64,000 bases of DNA from Carcharhinus longimanus. Taxonomy: Eukaryota. Position numbers and translations under genes: made by a program. Where the stretch lies: NCBI GenBank assembly GCA_030264375.1, contig JASCQW010000001.1, positions 93,473,182 through 93,537,181 on the forward strand, written 5' to 3'. This document shows, in pieces, positions 1 to 12,790 of this stretch (position 1 is its first letter; each line of letters starts with the position of its first letter). The notes under the pieces were generated by a model. It made no database searches. It saw nothing but the letters and a program-made list of their open reading frames with translations, and was not told the DNA's origin.

Positions 1-129
1 TGAGAGGGGTGTGGAGGGATATGGTCCAAGTGCAGGTCAGTGGGACTAGGCAAAAAATGGTTTGGCACAGACAAGAAAGGCCAAAAGGCCTGTTTCTGTG
101 CTGTAATTTTTTATGTTTCTATATCTATG
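1..129 (+). mobile_element. CR1/HER1-like LINE 3' end
   Basis: gagggatatggtccaagtgcagg...ggccaaaaggcctgtttctgtgctgtaa followed by a (tctatg)-type tail, the typical shark CR1 3' UTR. Confidence 0.75.
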
Positions 130-1107
130 ACATCTCCTTCTGCAGTATGGCATGGTGACTTTACTCGATGCCACTGACTGACACAAAAAGGAGTTATTTA
201 GATACAGCTCTTATACTTAATTAAGCGCACTCTGATGCATTCTATTGCATTTAACCATGCTCGCACTGCACTAATGTTGCAAACCGATCATTGTAATCCC
301 TTTCCTGCCAGTGTCGCCTTGTGCTCAATGAAGAGAACCGCCTTCATCATCTTCTACAATGATTCGCCATCACCTGTTTGGGAAGATTCTCCTATCTCTG
401 CATCTAAAGTTCAAATCAGAGAACTGACAATTGTTTGTTTATCTTTGTCAACCCATATTTGTGCTTTTTGCAGTGAACTAGGGGACAAAGTCATCCAGCT
501 CCTGACCAGCTGTTTGCCCAGTCCTTGAGGGAAAGGCGCAAATGGGGGCTGCATATGGCTGCACAAAGAATTTGCAGTTTTATCTGTGTGTAATACTGGG
601 CTACAGTTTGAATCATGATGAGTTCATGTCCTATCATATTCCTCATGTGATTACATCTTTACATCTGTCATATGTTATACCGTGAGGTTTGACTGATAAA
701 AAACAAACTGATTTGTGAAATATCAACCCAAAAAGCTAATAAAGATTCTGACATCCAATGCAATAAAAGAAATCTTAATTTATGCCGTTTTTTTGAAGCA
801 GTGGCCTTGATCATAAGCATTCGGGCTTGCTATCGTTTTGTTTAAAGTTGCCAGCATTTTTCTTAAGTTTTGTCAGATTTCTTTGAGTTTTGTGCCTTTG
901 AGAAGGCTAATTAGCATAGCTTCATTTAGTCAAATTATTTAATAATTTTACCTGTTAAACGTACAAATGACCAAGTATGCATATTGGGAAAAACTCGTTG
1001 GAAAAACATCAGACTTCCTGTTTTGATTCACCCCTCTCATTTTGGTCACAATTTTTATATTGCAAAGATAAATGGTGAGAACATCTAAAACACAACCTGG
1101 GTTATTT

Positions 1108-1881
1108 TCACAGTGGCTAGCGCTGCTGCCTCAGTGCCAGGGACCCGGGTTTGATTCCCAGCCTGGTGTGGAGTTTGCATCTTCTCCCCTGGTGCTCCAG
1201 TTGCCTCCCACAGTCTGAAAGTTCTGGTCACCTTATTCCAGAAAAGATATTATTAAACTAGAAAGAGTGCCGAAAAGATTTACGAGGATGCTACCAGGAG
1301 TTGATGGCTTGAGTTATGTTGAGAGGCTGGACAGACTGGAACTTTTTTCCCTGTAGCGTAGGAAGCTTAGAGGTGATCTTATAAAATAATGAGGAACATA
1401 GAGTGGATAGATAGTCAACATCATTTCCCATCGGTAGGGGAGTCTAAAACTAGAGGGGATAGGTTTAAAGTGAGAGGGAAGAGACACATAAGGGTCCAGA
1501 GGGTAAATTTTTTCACAAAGGATGGTGAGTATCTCGAACAAGCTGCCAGATGTAGTAGTGGAGGCAGGTACATTTTGTCTTTTAAAAAGAACTCAGACAG
1601 TTACATGGGTAAGGTGTGTTTAGAGGGATATGGGCCAGGCATGGGCTGTTCAAACTAGTTTAGTGGTAAAAACTGGACGGAATGGACAAGTTGGGCTGAA
1701 GGGCCTATTTCCACACTGTAAGCCTCTATGTGCTGGTTAGGTGTATTGGCCATGCGAAATTCTCCCTCAGTGTACCCAAACAGGTGCCGGAGTATGACGA
1801 CTAGGGGATTTTCACACTAACTTCATTGAAGTGTTAATGTAAGCCTACTTGTGATACTAATAAATAAAACTTTAAAACTTT
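1108..1881 (+). mobile_element. HE1-like V-SINE (alternative-tail variant) interrupted by a CR1 fragment
   Basis: tRNA-like head cacagtggctagcgctgctgcctca..gggtttgattccc and V-core up to cccacagtctgaaag (1221). Resumes at about 1728 atgtgctggttagg...gtgttaatgtaagcctacttgtgatactaataaataaaac. Confidence 0.8.
1222..1730 (+). mobile_element. 5'-truncated CR1/HER1 LINE nested in the SINE
   Basis: FWSPYSRKDIIKLERVPKRFTRMLPG-like C-terminal ORF2 remnant, followed by a 3' UTR ending gggctgaagggcctatttccacactgtaagcctctatg. Confidence 0.85.
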
Positions 1882-2277
1882 CAACTTTGCTGATTGGGCA
1901 GTAAACAGCTGGCAGCCGGAGTGAAAACTGGATGAATTCTATCAGGGTTTGTGGTCAAGTCAGCTCCATCACTTTTGCTAAACCTGTTCAATTTTCATCC
2001 CATTCACTAGGTCACTGTTCAAGGGGCAAAGCCAAAAATTAACCCTCAAAGTATATTGATAAATACATGGTTCTTCTACAAACTGATGCCAGCTACAACT
2101 GCTCTCAGTTATCTGTCCATGGTTTTCCTGGCCTATGCATCCGATTGAATGTTTTGCTCCAAAATGCAACTACAGAGAACTTTACAAACAAAAGGGCAGG
2201 AACTGTTCTGAGAGAGTTGAACAACTAGCTACTGAGGAGACCCATACTTTTCCTCTCTGCTAATTTTCACCGGTATA

Positions 2278-2603
2278 GGGGCAGCACGGTGGCAAGCACC
2301 ACTGCTGCCTCACACCTTCAGGGACCAGGGTTTGATTCCCAGCTTGGGTCACTGTCTGTGTGGAGTTTGCACGTTCTCCCTGTATCTTTGTGGGTTTCCT
2401 CCAGTTGCTTCAACTTCCTCCCACAGTCCATAGATGTGCATGTTAGGTGTGTTGACCATGCTAAATTGCCCCTTAGTGTCCTAAGATGTGTAAGTTTGAG
2501 AGATTAGCATGGTAAATATACAGGGATAAGGCCTAGGTGCCATTGTTGTCATTGCACACTCAATGGGCCAAATGCCTCCTTCTGCACTGTATGATTTCTA
2601 TGA
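2278..2603 (+). mobile_element. HE1 V-SINE, near full length
   Basis: gggcagcacggtggc head, B-box-like gggtttgattccc, V-core gtgggtttcctcc..cctcccacagtcca, CR1/HER1-derived tail gggccaaatgcctccttctgcactgtatgatttctatga. Confidence 0.9.
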
Positions 2604-5039
2604 AATGGAGAAACAGAAAAGGCAATTTCTGTTCAATAACAGCAGTTCAGGAAGGTGGCATGATTTCATAGGGCACAAAAAGTCCCAGCATTAGCAAGTT
2701 TCAGTGAGCAGCAGAGGTGTGAATATCGGGGATTGGAGACATCGTCAGAGAAAATGGGATTGTAGAGCAAGATATATGTGTTAAATTGATAGCCACGGAC
2801 CTGTTGCCATGACTATGTGCAGCTCAAGGTATCAGCTGGTCTCCTCCGCCGATCAAAATGCAGTGAATGAAAGACAGATTGGGCTTGAGCTCTGTCACTT
2901 GGTATAAGCCAATTAAAGCAAAATAGAATGAGAAAAGACAATGTTGCAGACTGATACCGAGATTTCATTCTTCATGTTATCCGTTAGGGATTTTTTAATA
3001 CACTCAGTTTCCTCCATTCTGTGCTCTGGCAGCCAGAGGGGATTGTTCCAGAGAAAAAGAAATGGTGAGCAGTTGCCGCGTTCAGAAGAGAGGTAAAAAA
3101 ACGTGAAATGGAAGTTTATTGAGAATGTGTTTCATTCGGAATAAAGAGGATTGAAAGGTCATAGAGACTGAAAACATTAGTGGACGAATTGAAAAATCTG
3201 AGCCTGGCCCCTGATTAAAAGTCTGCTTGATCCTGTCTGTATTACAAGCTTGCACTGCCCCGGAGCCATTCAATCACTCGCTGTGCACAGATTAGACCTG
3301 TCAGGTTGTGCCTGCGAGTTTACAGTGAGTTCTTGCCTGAGTGCCTTTAATCCTGCAAGGTTTTTTCAAATGTCAGAACTATCTTGCGGGAAAGCAGGCT
3401 TCCTGCTGGGTCCCACTGACCATAAATTACTTCATCAGAAGGAGTGAGGACAAAAGACTGGAACAAACAAATATTTAATGAGAATTGTTCTCTTCCAGAA
3501 AATGGACAGAAGCAACATGTAACCCACAACACTGGCCTGAACCTAACTGATGAGGTGGGTGTGGGGGGAGTGTGGAGGGGCACAGAATCAGTAACTGAGG
3601 CACACCTAAATACATGTAGACATGTGGAAAATATGCCAATATAGATTAAGCATAAGGCACTGTTTAATTGCTAGCCTAGCCTCCAGAAAAGTTAAGTGGC
3701 AACACTCGGCACAAGCTGGACTGGATGTTTATGGTCTCCAGGCAATAGAAGAGCAAATGGCCGTGGCCTTGTTTTGTGGCCTGCATAATTTTCTACCCAT
3801 GAGGAACTATCAATCAAATGCACTTATCTCCATGAAGAGCATTTCCTCCTGCATGCCTGATGTGTGAGGTTCTGCACTGGGAGTGTTGAATCATAAAATT
3901 TACCCCCATATGTTCTCATGTATCCTCCACATCACTCCTCCTCCCCTGAATTGCAGGAAACAGGTCAACACACACTGTTCCTCTCACCCCAGTAACAGAA
4001 TACAATAAACAGGTGGTGCCATTACAGTTCATGGGTATACAATAATATAATGCTTATTGCAACAAACCTAACTACCTAATTAAGCTACTGAACTGCAACA
4101 ATCTGCACTCTGAATACATTCATTACATTGTACTTCCACTGTGCCATGGAAGTGGACAGACTGATTACAGGTGAACTCTGTATACTGCAGGCAAGAAAGC
4201 CAATTTATATTTGATCACTTTGCTTGTCAAGAACCAAATAAGTGCATCTCGTAATCAATATTTTTACTGCTCTTCCATTGATTAATGCTGAGCAGACATT
4301 TCTGCATTAGAAAATGGTGTTTAAACATTGTTTAAAAATTGTTTGTTTATTAGCAGGAGCTCACCTGTAATCAGTCTGTCCGCCTCCATGACACGGTGAA
4401 AGTGCAAAGTAATGAATGTGTTTAGAGTGCAGATTGTTGCAGTTCAGTAGCTTTATTGGGTAGATTTGTTTCAATAAGCTTTATATGATTGTATACCATG
4501 AACTGTAATGGCACCATCTGTTTATTGTATCATGGTGAACAGGAAAATTAAGCAATAGCATCTTACATTTTTCCTTCAATTTCTGCATTCTAATGAGGGC
4601 CTCAGCTTGTACAATTCACAGGAAGCAGCAGTCTTCTGTCAGCGCCAGGCAGGTTTTCTGGCAAATGGTGACCTTGATGTTAAACCCCCAGAGAGAGTGG
4701 GAGAGGACCAAGGGGTTAAAAATTAACAAATGAGCAATACATCCTTAATCTACTGCGAATACAACCATCAACGATTTTGTGGCAGCAGATTTTATTTTAC
4801 AGCGTTTCTCTAGCTGTGGAGAGAATGGCCACTGCTTTAACATATTTGAATCCAATTCCCACAGCGCCAAGTGAAGCCTGATTTAACTATAACAGTAACA
4901 GTATAAGTTTCACAGGGCTTTGGAAGCCCAAAGGGAAACAGGATTTGCCAATTTAAAAAGATAAGTAACCTTTACAGCACTCTCTTGTAGTCCAGAATGA
5001 ACACAATAAGAAACCCACTTGGTCCCTCAAAAAAAAGGA

Positions 5040-5335
5040 TTCTGCTTACCCTCCGCTGATTGCAGCCTCTCTCTACACCCTTGCCATGATCAAGCCCTGA
5101 ATTTTCATTCCTGAACCAGGAGTGCAGAGCCAGGGAAATTTGAGCATTTCCAGCTCAGATGCCTCCATAATGAACAGAAGGAAGGACCTGGACTGATGTT
5201 TCTGTTCCTTAGTTTTGGAACAGAGAGGTCAACTCTAGCATGCCTACTGCCAGCCTAGCTTGATCAGGTAATCTGGTACTGGCTCACAATCAAACCTGAG
5301 GCTCCAGATCATATTCTGTGCCTATACCCACAGAA
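5040..5335 (-). repeat. Very old degenerate SINE-like repeat (similar to 18065-18440 and 20330-20620)
   Basis: Weak reverse-complement similarity to the copies at 18065 and 20330; family not named with confidence. Confidence 0.3.
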
Positions 5336-7566
5336 CCATTTAAACAGCTTGTAATTGCACATATGTGGAGAGAATCAATAATACTGCACCCTCCTCCTAT
5401 ATTTCAATACCTTGACTGTCACAGCCAAGGTTCACATGTGAACAATGACCCCCATTGGGGGAGGGACAGGAAGGCAACTTTGCCTTTGGACTTAAGGAGA
5501 GGAGGGGAAACGTCTGGAAGAGAACATGAGAGAAAGGAAAAAAAAACTGCATGAAAACCAAGTTTCCAGTGTAGTCAAACTGCATAACGTAATTTACATC
5601 TTGACAATGATTGGTGTATCACCATGAACACATAAAGCTGATACAGACAGTATAAGGATAACTCTGCTGGTTACTGTGTAGCAATAATGCATGCTACCCT
5701 GCCAACTTTTACCAAGAACGCCCTGAAATGGCTTGCCTGCTGTGGGTCCATCATCTATTGTAGATTGATGGATGTGAACAATTATGCTATCAGCGCTCCT
5801 TAGTGGAAACATTTCTTCAAAGTTCAATGTATATAAACAGAATCTCAACTTCCTCCTCAACTTTAGTCAGGTTTCAGCTTTCAGTATTTTTTAATAGGAT
5901 GGACTTGTTCGGCCTAGTAGTCTTTCCAATTCTTAAAAAAAGGTTAAATTCATGAAGAATTTACAAGTAGTAACCTTTTAAAGCATCAACTCGCAGAATG
6001 TTTCCTTAAAACCTCCTCTAAAAGTAGATACTTAAAACAGAGAAAAAAAGGCAGATTAAGAAAAGCTTCTGCCTCTTCTGTGCAGCTTAGTGGCAGGTGT
6101 CGCAATGACCCACCACCAGAGAGTGCCTGCATTGAGATATGATCTCTTGGATAACTGATAAGTAGTGATGACAGAAACAAGGATATATAAAAATGCTCAT
6201 ATCAGAAATGATAAATGGAGAGCATTACCTAACAAAATATAAGCTCAACTACAGCATCCTCAAAATAAAGAGGACAATGTCAGTTCAATAGGACGTAGCT
6301 CTTTAGCATGACAAATGAAACACTGTCTCAAATTACTCCAATAATTTGATGTTATTTTATCGACTAATTTTATGTTTCACCAAGACATTTAATTGACACA
6401 TTCTAAACCCACCTATAAAATGTATGGGGCTCAATCAGCCATGACCATACTATGGCAGGATTAAGCAAGTTAATTCCCAGATAAATTCAGCTTTAGGTTC
6501 AATAATGCTGCTTGGTTAATATATTGAATCTGTTGGCAATATTAACAAGTAAAAAGTAATGAACAATTTAAAAACAATCAAGATTTCTTGTCTCTTCAAT
6601 GTCAATTTTCCACCTTGCAGAACCCATTGAAAACAGTATTGTGGCTCAAAGCACTGGATTTTTTTTTATTGATTATAAGCAATGTTTGCCTTTATTGCAA
6701 AAACAAAAGTTTATGCATAGAACATTTTGAAATAAGGCTTCATCTCTGGCACAACCCATTTTCAAGTCAATATTTGCATGCAATACCAATCATGCCTGGA
6801 GATGGCAGTGTGACAGGCCTTTTAAATGTTGAAAGATGTACAATCATTGTATAATCTATTACCGGTACTGTCTGTTGACCCTTGAAATTTACAATTGTCC
6901 TCTGAAGATATTAAGCACTATTACAAGAATTCTTTAGCCGCTGGCCATAGAGTATCAGTTCTAGAATTTTTTAAAAATAGTGTTCTGGAACAAACTTTGA
7001 ATGAATTGGGAATTTTCAACTTCGCTTGAAATGAAGCTAAATCCAGCGATCACGTAAAGTTCAACCCAGCTGTTTAGAGATCCTAGAAACCCTTCTTACT
7101 CCCCTAATACATTTTACCTGTTCTAACTGCCACCTCTTCCCTCTACTCAATAATTTTCTTAACTTGCTTTCAGCTATCCTTTTCCATTTTCAGATGATAT
7201 TTGAGCATTCACTATTACTTAACTGTTCTGTTATGAAACATCTGGGCCATTCTGGCCAACTAGACCTGAACGTATCCATCACTCAAACATCCTGACCCCC
7301 AACTCCTCCTCACTGCAAGCCCACATTCTGAACTCGAGCTGCCTAAATCCCCACAATCTTGGCGTTGCCTGGAACATCCTTTAACTCTCTCTCTCCCTCT
7401 CAAACGCTTGATTCCATCTTTGATGTTCCTGTGGCCCATTCTTCAGTCATCCCACCCACCTTCAACACTTTTTCAAATCCCATGTTCCAACAGCCCACAA
7501 GCCCACAACAATCTCCCAGTGGTGTTTTCAGGTGTTCGTCCTATTCCTCTGCTACCAACAATCCAG

Positions 7567-7794
7567 GATGTGGAGACGCCGGCGTTGGACTGGGGTAGAC
7601 ACAGTAAGAAGTCTCACAACACCAGGTTAAAGCCCAACAGGTTTATTTGGTAGCAAAAACCACTAGTTTTCGGAGTACTTGCTGCTCCTTGACTCACCTG
7701 ACGAAGGAGCAGCAAGCACTCGAAAATTAGTGGCTTTTGCTACCAAATAAACCCGTTGGACTTTACCTCGAGGTTGTGAGACTTCTTAGTGTCT
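7567..7794. mobile_element. Penelope-like element terminal repeat arranged as a long palindrome
   Basis: Left arm 7597-7690 (agacacagtaagaagtctcacaac...ttgctgctcctt) and right arm about 7704-7794 (aaggagcagcaa...gttgtgagacttcttagtgtct) are imperfect reverse complements around gactcacctgacg. Confidence 0.75.
7695..7732 (+). ncRNA. Minimal type I hammerhead ribozyme motif (Penelope-associated)
   Basis: cac-CTGACGA-ag-gag(cagcaagca)ctc-GAA-AATT-A-gtg: CUGANGA and GAAA cores, short stem I (cac/gtg), stem II (gag/ctc) and a palindromic 4-nt stem III. Activity untested. Confidence 0.55.
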
Positions 7795-7879
7795 GTATCA
7801 ACAATCCATCCATTCCTCCTAATTTGTCATCCACCTTTCTCTGCCACATACTCCCTGCTATCCCAAATTGCTCTCTCCA

Positions 7880-8060
7880 TCTCCTGCCATCCTATTATCC
7901 TCCTCCCTCCTGTCATCAACTCTGGCCTTCTATCTTTTCCCTCTCTCCCCTTCTTCTCCCCCCTTCCCTCCCTTCTCCTCAATGGTCACCCTCCCTTCCA
8001 CCCTTACCTCCTCTTCTTCCATCTGCTTCTTCCCCGCCCTCCTATCCAGTTATCCCCTGC
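7880..8060 (+). repeat. Pyrimidine-rich (C/T) low-complexity tract
   Basis: ctctctccccttcttctcccccccttccctcccttctcctc...; the source of the Pro/Ser/Leu-rich spurious ORFs. Confidence 0.7.
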
Positions 8061-10188
8061 TGAGTACTTAATTGGGCCATGATTTACTGAACATCAATAA
8101 CATGAAAATATAACAAATGAACTAGAAATGAATCAATCTTACATTTCCGCAGAAAATATTGCGCTGCACAATCAGAATTCTTTCAGGATTGTCATAAATA
8201 AGATCCATAAATGTTATTGCAAGCATTCTCTCATGGCTTGCATTATTTATGCATCTGGCAGTATAATTATGAACATATTTAGAAGCTTCTTCAGTATGTT
8301 TTAATTGGCACAATGTCTAACTTTATTCAGGCCCTTTATTCATTGGCCACTTAGTTACACTGGATATCTGTCAACTATTTCTTATTCTACTTTTCAGAGT
8401 ATTCTGAGTTCATACTTTAGCTGCCTTCTGCTTCTGATCATTACTAAAATCTTGCCAGCATAAATGCAGAGAAACCCCATAGCAAGCAGATAAGACAATC
8501 AGACCCAAGCCTGCATTTGCTATAGCCGTTTTGTTGCTAGATTTAGCAGGCTTATCAGCACCAAATTAGCAGAGGAAATAAAAGTGCTCAGGTCAATATT
8601 CTTAAATATGAACCAGCTTTAAGAGATATCGGCTAGACTAAGGGGTTGTGGGGGTAGGGGGAGGCAGGGGTGGCGCACATCTTGATTCCTATTTTGCATC
8701 TCAGTCGGCGAAGTTCCACCCCTAGGAATGCAAATTCATAAAGTGACTCCTCTAATATGTTGACTTTAATTCTTTGCTTGCAGTGACAGAGTTGTAACCA
8801 CCAATGTTTCATCTTGTTGCTGCATAAATCAAAATACCATCTTCAGCAACAATTTGGGTTTGGTAGGACAGCTGGATTGATGGGGATTTTTCATAGCTGT
8901 AATGGATATTTGTGCAAAATAAAACATCTGAAATGCCATCGACAGCACAATTTGTAATAAGCACCAGCCTTTATATGCTCACAAGCACAAAGGGGGAAAG
9001 AAAAGGCTTCATATATATTAAAACACACATTTCCTGAGAGACAAAAATGGTTGTTATAGGCTTCAGGTAATCATATAGGTATCAAACTGGCAAGCTTCCT
9101 CAAGGATCTGGGAACTAATAATGAGCTGCCCGGGAAAACTAAACTGTCAAGAAGCTCCTTTCATTTCAAGCACACAGCAGCTCTCGGAACCTGTCTGCTG
9201 ACAATGATCATAGTGTTAGCTGAAGGAAACAGATACCTACACACAGTGTCAAGGGAGCAACTAAGCTCTAACTGCAATACTCAAACCATAATTTACAGGA
9301 GAATGATAGAACATAAAGAGACATCAGCTGGAAATTGTTCACCGTCTATAGGTCTTCATTAAAAGCAGTTGAGCTGCCAGATTATTAGCTTGTAAACTAA
9401 AACCTTGTTAAAGAACATCCTGAGTTGGAACAGTGTGTTAAATGTAATGTAAATGAGCTCTGTAGCTATACAAAGCAAATACATCAAATGATGTTACAAC
9501 TGACATTTCTTTCAACAGTCCACTGAAGAAAAAGAGGTCTTGGAATCAGCTTTAGCATTTCCTGTGGGTAGCGAGTTTTGCTTCCCATTAATACTTTGCA
9601 GTACATAGCCTCTGCCCGCCTGCTTCTCAATCCTCAAGATTTAAAGTCCCTGTGGGTGTTTAATGTAAATTGAGGTCAAGTTGGTAACACTCAACCTGTC
9701 TTAACCAGTTCTGGGGTTACCTTAAGGCCAATTCAAAGCAGATCTTAATATCATTCGGAGAGTATAGAGTGAGATTGGCCACTTGCCACTTCAAGCCTGT
9801 TCCTGCCATGTCTACTCCACTTATTTATTTTACCTAAGGAAAGGTTCTGTTAAATTTATTTGCTCCCAGGGAAAACGAACATGACTGCGGAATATCTGCC
9901 GAACTACAGTAATTAACAGTTAGTGTTTTAAATCCAGTATAGCCATCTCACTTTTCTTTCTCTCATCTCTTCACCTAAATACAAAAATCTACAGAGTTAA
10001 CAATTAAAGTTTTAAGTTACTTTGGGGATGGGGAAGATAGGGTTGGATGTGCCATGATCCATATAGTCTGGGAGGGTCTTTGAAAGTTTTGCTTACTGGT
10101 CTGCGCTGTTGCTAGATATGGAGCAGTGATTAGAAGTTACATTAGCCCCGGTTTGATAACTAGGAAGGGGAGAATTTTTTGTTATGCA

Positions 10189-10527
10189 ATCGTTCATGGG
10201 ATCTGGGTGTCACTGGCTGGGCCAGCACTTATTTCCTATCCCTGAGAGAATTTAGCTGTCAATCACATTGCTGTGGATCTGTAGTCACATGTAGGCCAGA
10301 CCAGGAAATGGTGACAGATTGCCTTCCCTAAAAGACATTAGTGAACGAGATGAGTTTTTAGAACATTCAACAATGATTTCATGGTCATCATTACACATTT
10401 AATTCCAGATTTTTATTGAATTCAAATTTCACCATTTGTCATGGTGGGATTGGAAACTAGGTCCACAGAGCTTTACCCTGGGTCACTGAATTACTATTCC
10501 AGCAGCAATACCACCACACCACTACCA
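10189..10527 (-). mobile_element. tRNA-derived shark SINE (non-HE1) whose tail resembles the CR1 at 22140-22462
   Basis: Minus strand reads ggtagtggtgtggtggtattg..ctagtttccaatcccaccatg..gaattcaataaaaaatctggaatt..agggaaggcaatctg..ctggtctggcctacatgtgact..gctggcccagccagtgacacccagatcccatgaa. Confidence 0.7.
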
Positions 10528-10942
10528 CCCCATGCTACCATTCTTGTTGGACATTACTGGTACAGCATGAATAGCAATGAAAAAAACTGTGAACATCAGA
10601 TGAAGCCAGGCTTCAACTTTGCTACCCAACATGATCTAATTTCTCTGTCAAGACATATATTTGTAAAACAATTCATGTGCTGCTGTAACTCATCGAATCC
10701 TATCACAATGTTATGCCGGGGGCTATAGTGGATGCCCTGAGGTTGTGAATGGCACTATATAAAGGCAAACTTCCTTTGCCCCCTTCTTTAGATTTTTCCA
10801 AAAATATATTCTTAAGATTTATAAAAAGTACATTCCAAAACATTTCCAATTGAATATTATAGGGAGTACAGTAGAATTCTACTCTTTTCAGTACAGCATA
10901 TGCTGTTTACTTTAATTTCACAAGAGGATGGTAAAAGGAAAT

Positions 10943-11335
10943 AAAGAACTTGTATTGATACGTCTTTCATGTGCTTAGGATCCCCAAACCACTTCACAGT
11001 CACTTTCAGAGTGGGGACATAGTTGTTTTGTAGGAAAAGATAGCAGCCAATTTTCACCTGGTAAGGTCCCACAAACTGTCATGAGATGAATGTCCAGTAA
11101 TTTGTTTTTAGTGTTGTTGGTTGAGGGAGGAATGTTGGCGAAAGCAGGACCAGAATGTGAGCACAGTCCTCCGCTCTTCCGTGAATAATATCATGGCAGA
11201 CAAGGAATCGATTTAATATTTCATTAAGGTCGCATCTCTAATCACGCTGTATGAAGTTTCAACCTTGATTATGGATAAGAGTTCTGGAGTAAGGTTTGAA
11301 ACCGTGACCTGCTGTCTCAGAAGCGGAAGTCTTGG
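10943..11335 (-). mobile_element. Deu-domain SINE (SacSINE1-like), degenerate
   Basis: Reverse complement of the layout seen at 37242-37803: aaagaacttgtatt tail; gcagccaatttt..aaggtcccacaaac; ttggttgaggg; head ggtttgaaaccgtgacctgctgtctcag. Confidence 0.6.
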
Positions 11336-12676
11336 AAAGCGACTGATTTTGTTTTAAAGGTTAGTTGGCCCCAAGATACTTCCTGTCAGTGTGAAGAACT
11401 CAGTAGATCCTAAAACGTGGTCTTTACTTGCAGGAATGCATCCTCTATGTGGTAAAGACAGTCATAAGGGTTTTCCTTGCAAACTGGGTCCAATTATTCA
11501 CACACATGAAAGGAAAACTCCAAGGCCCTAACAACTTCCATTTGGCACATGGGACACTCCTCTAATATCTGGTTCTGATCACCAGTTCATTTTGGCCTTT
11601 CATCTGGGGGATGGTGTTTCAAAGTGAACCATTTTCCCCTTGCCTGACAACAGCTATTAGCCGCCCTGCAGAGCTTGTTAGCTGTGCTGTTTCTTTAGAA
11701 GGTGGAAGTCAGGATGCCAAGTCAGTGCTTTCATATGTGAAACTGGGAGGTCCAGGATAACACATTTTCTCAAGAAAAAAAGCAAGATGACTGGTAACAT
11801 ACAGAAAATGCCTCTCAATTAGAAAAGAAAAAAGACATTTTTGAGGATATTTCCCAACTATAAAATAGGAAAAAAAAATCATGTTGGTATTTCTAGCTTC
11901 CTGTGTATCTTTGCCAGCTAGGTCAGGGAAACTCTTGGCAACACCATATATGAACACTATTGCATTCAAAAATCATTGATCGCATCTTTTCTGGCACCTG
12001 AAACAAAAATAAACATTGACAGCAGTTACTGAGCAATGGGATCAGGAAAGAAATAAGTAGGCATGGCGGGTATGTCCAATTGAGATCCAACAAGCAACGG
12101 TGAGGTAACAATCTGTTCCAAAATTAACCACATCTGGGACAGGAAATTTTGAGTGCTGATTAATACCAGCATGTGTTGTGGAATGCAGCTTTGCAAAGAG
12201 GTCAGGCAACATGTGGTGAAACTACAGCAAGGCCATCTTCAATTTGCTAACAAAAAACACTGACATTAACCAGTGACTGATGTTATCATCTGTGAAGGGT
12301 GCAATTTGAGATTGTATTGGAACTTAGAAATCTGTTTAAAACAAAAATGCTCAGTCTTATGAAGTAACTTGATTACTGTGGAATTGTAACTGCAGGATTT
12401 TAAATTCATTTCATTTACAAAGATATAAATTTACCAGTAAGATGGGATCTCACAAAGCAGCTAAGAAGTGCAATAAGACCATTATTCTCTTAAATTACAG
12501 GAAAATACTGCTGCTTAAAAATAGGCCTCTTCATATCAGGTTAAAATTTCTCTTGTTTTTTTTCCCTTCTCCCTCTTCTGCCGTATCACCCAATTTATTA
12601 CAGTTTTCCAGTTTCAATCTTATTTTACTTCAGTCCTGGTCATTTCCTTTGATGTTCAGCGTGCCCTGGAATCCAT

Positions 12677-12790
12677 GGGTGGAATTTTCTCGTCCCACCC
12701 ACCACTGGAATTGACACGGACAATGCAAAGATCAGTTGACCTCAGGCGGGATTTTCCGGAGAGGGCGAGCACGCATGGGAGATCCATCCG
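12677..12790. mobile_element. Short MITE-like element (same family as 37310-37438)
   Basis: gggtggaattttctcgtcccacccaccactggaatt and ttgacctcaggcgggattttcc match gggccagaattttaccgtcccgcccaccacgggaatc and ttgacctcgggtgggattttac at 37310. Confidence 0.6.

Noticed and set aside
2278-2350. tRNA-like A/B boxes at SINE heads
   Set aside because: These are SINE internal Pol III promoters, not tRNA genes; no full cloverleaf.
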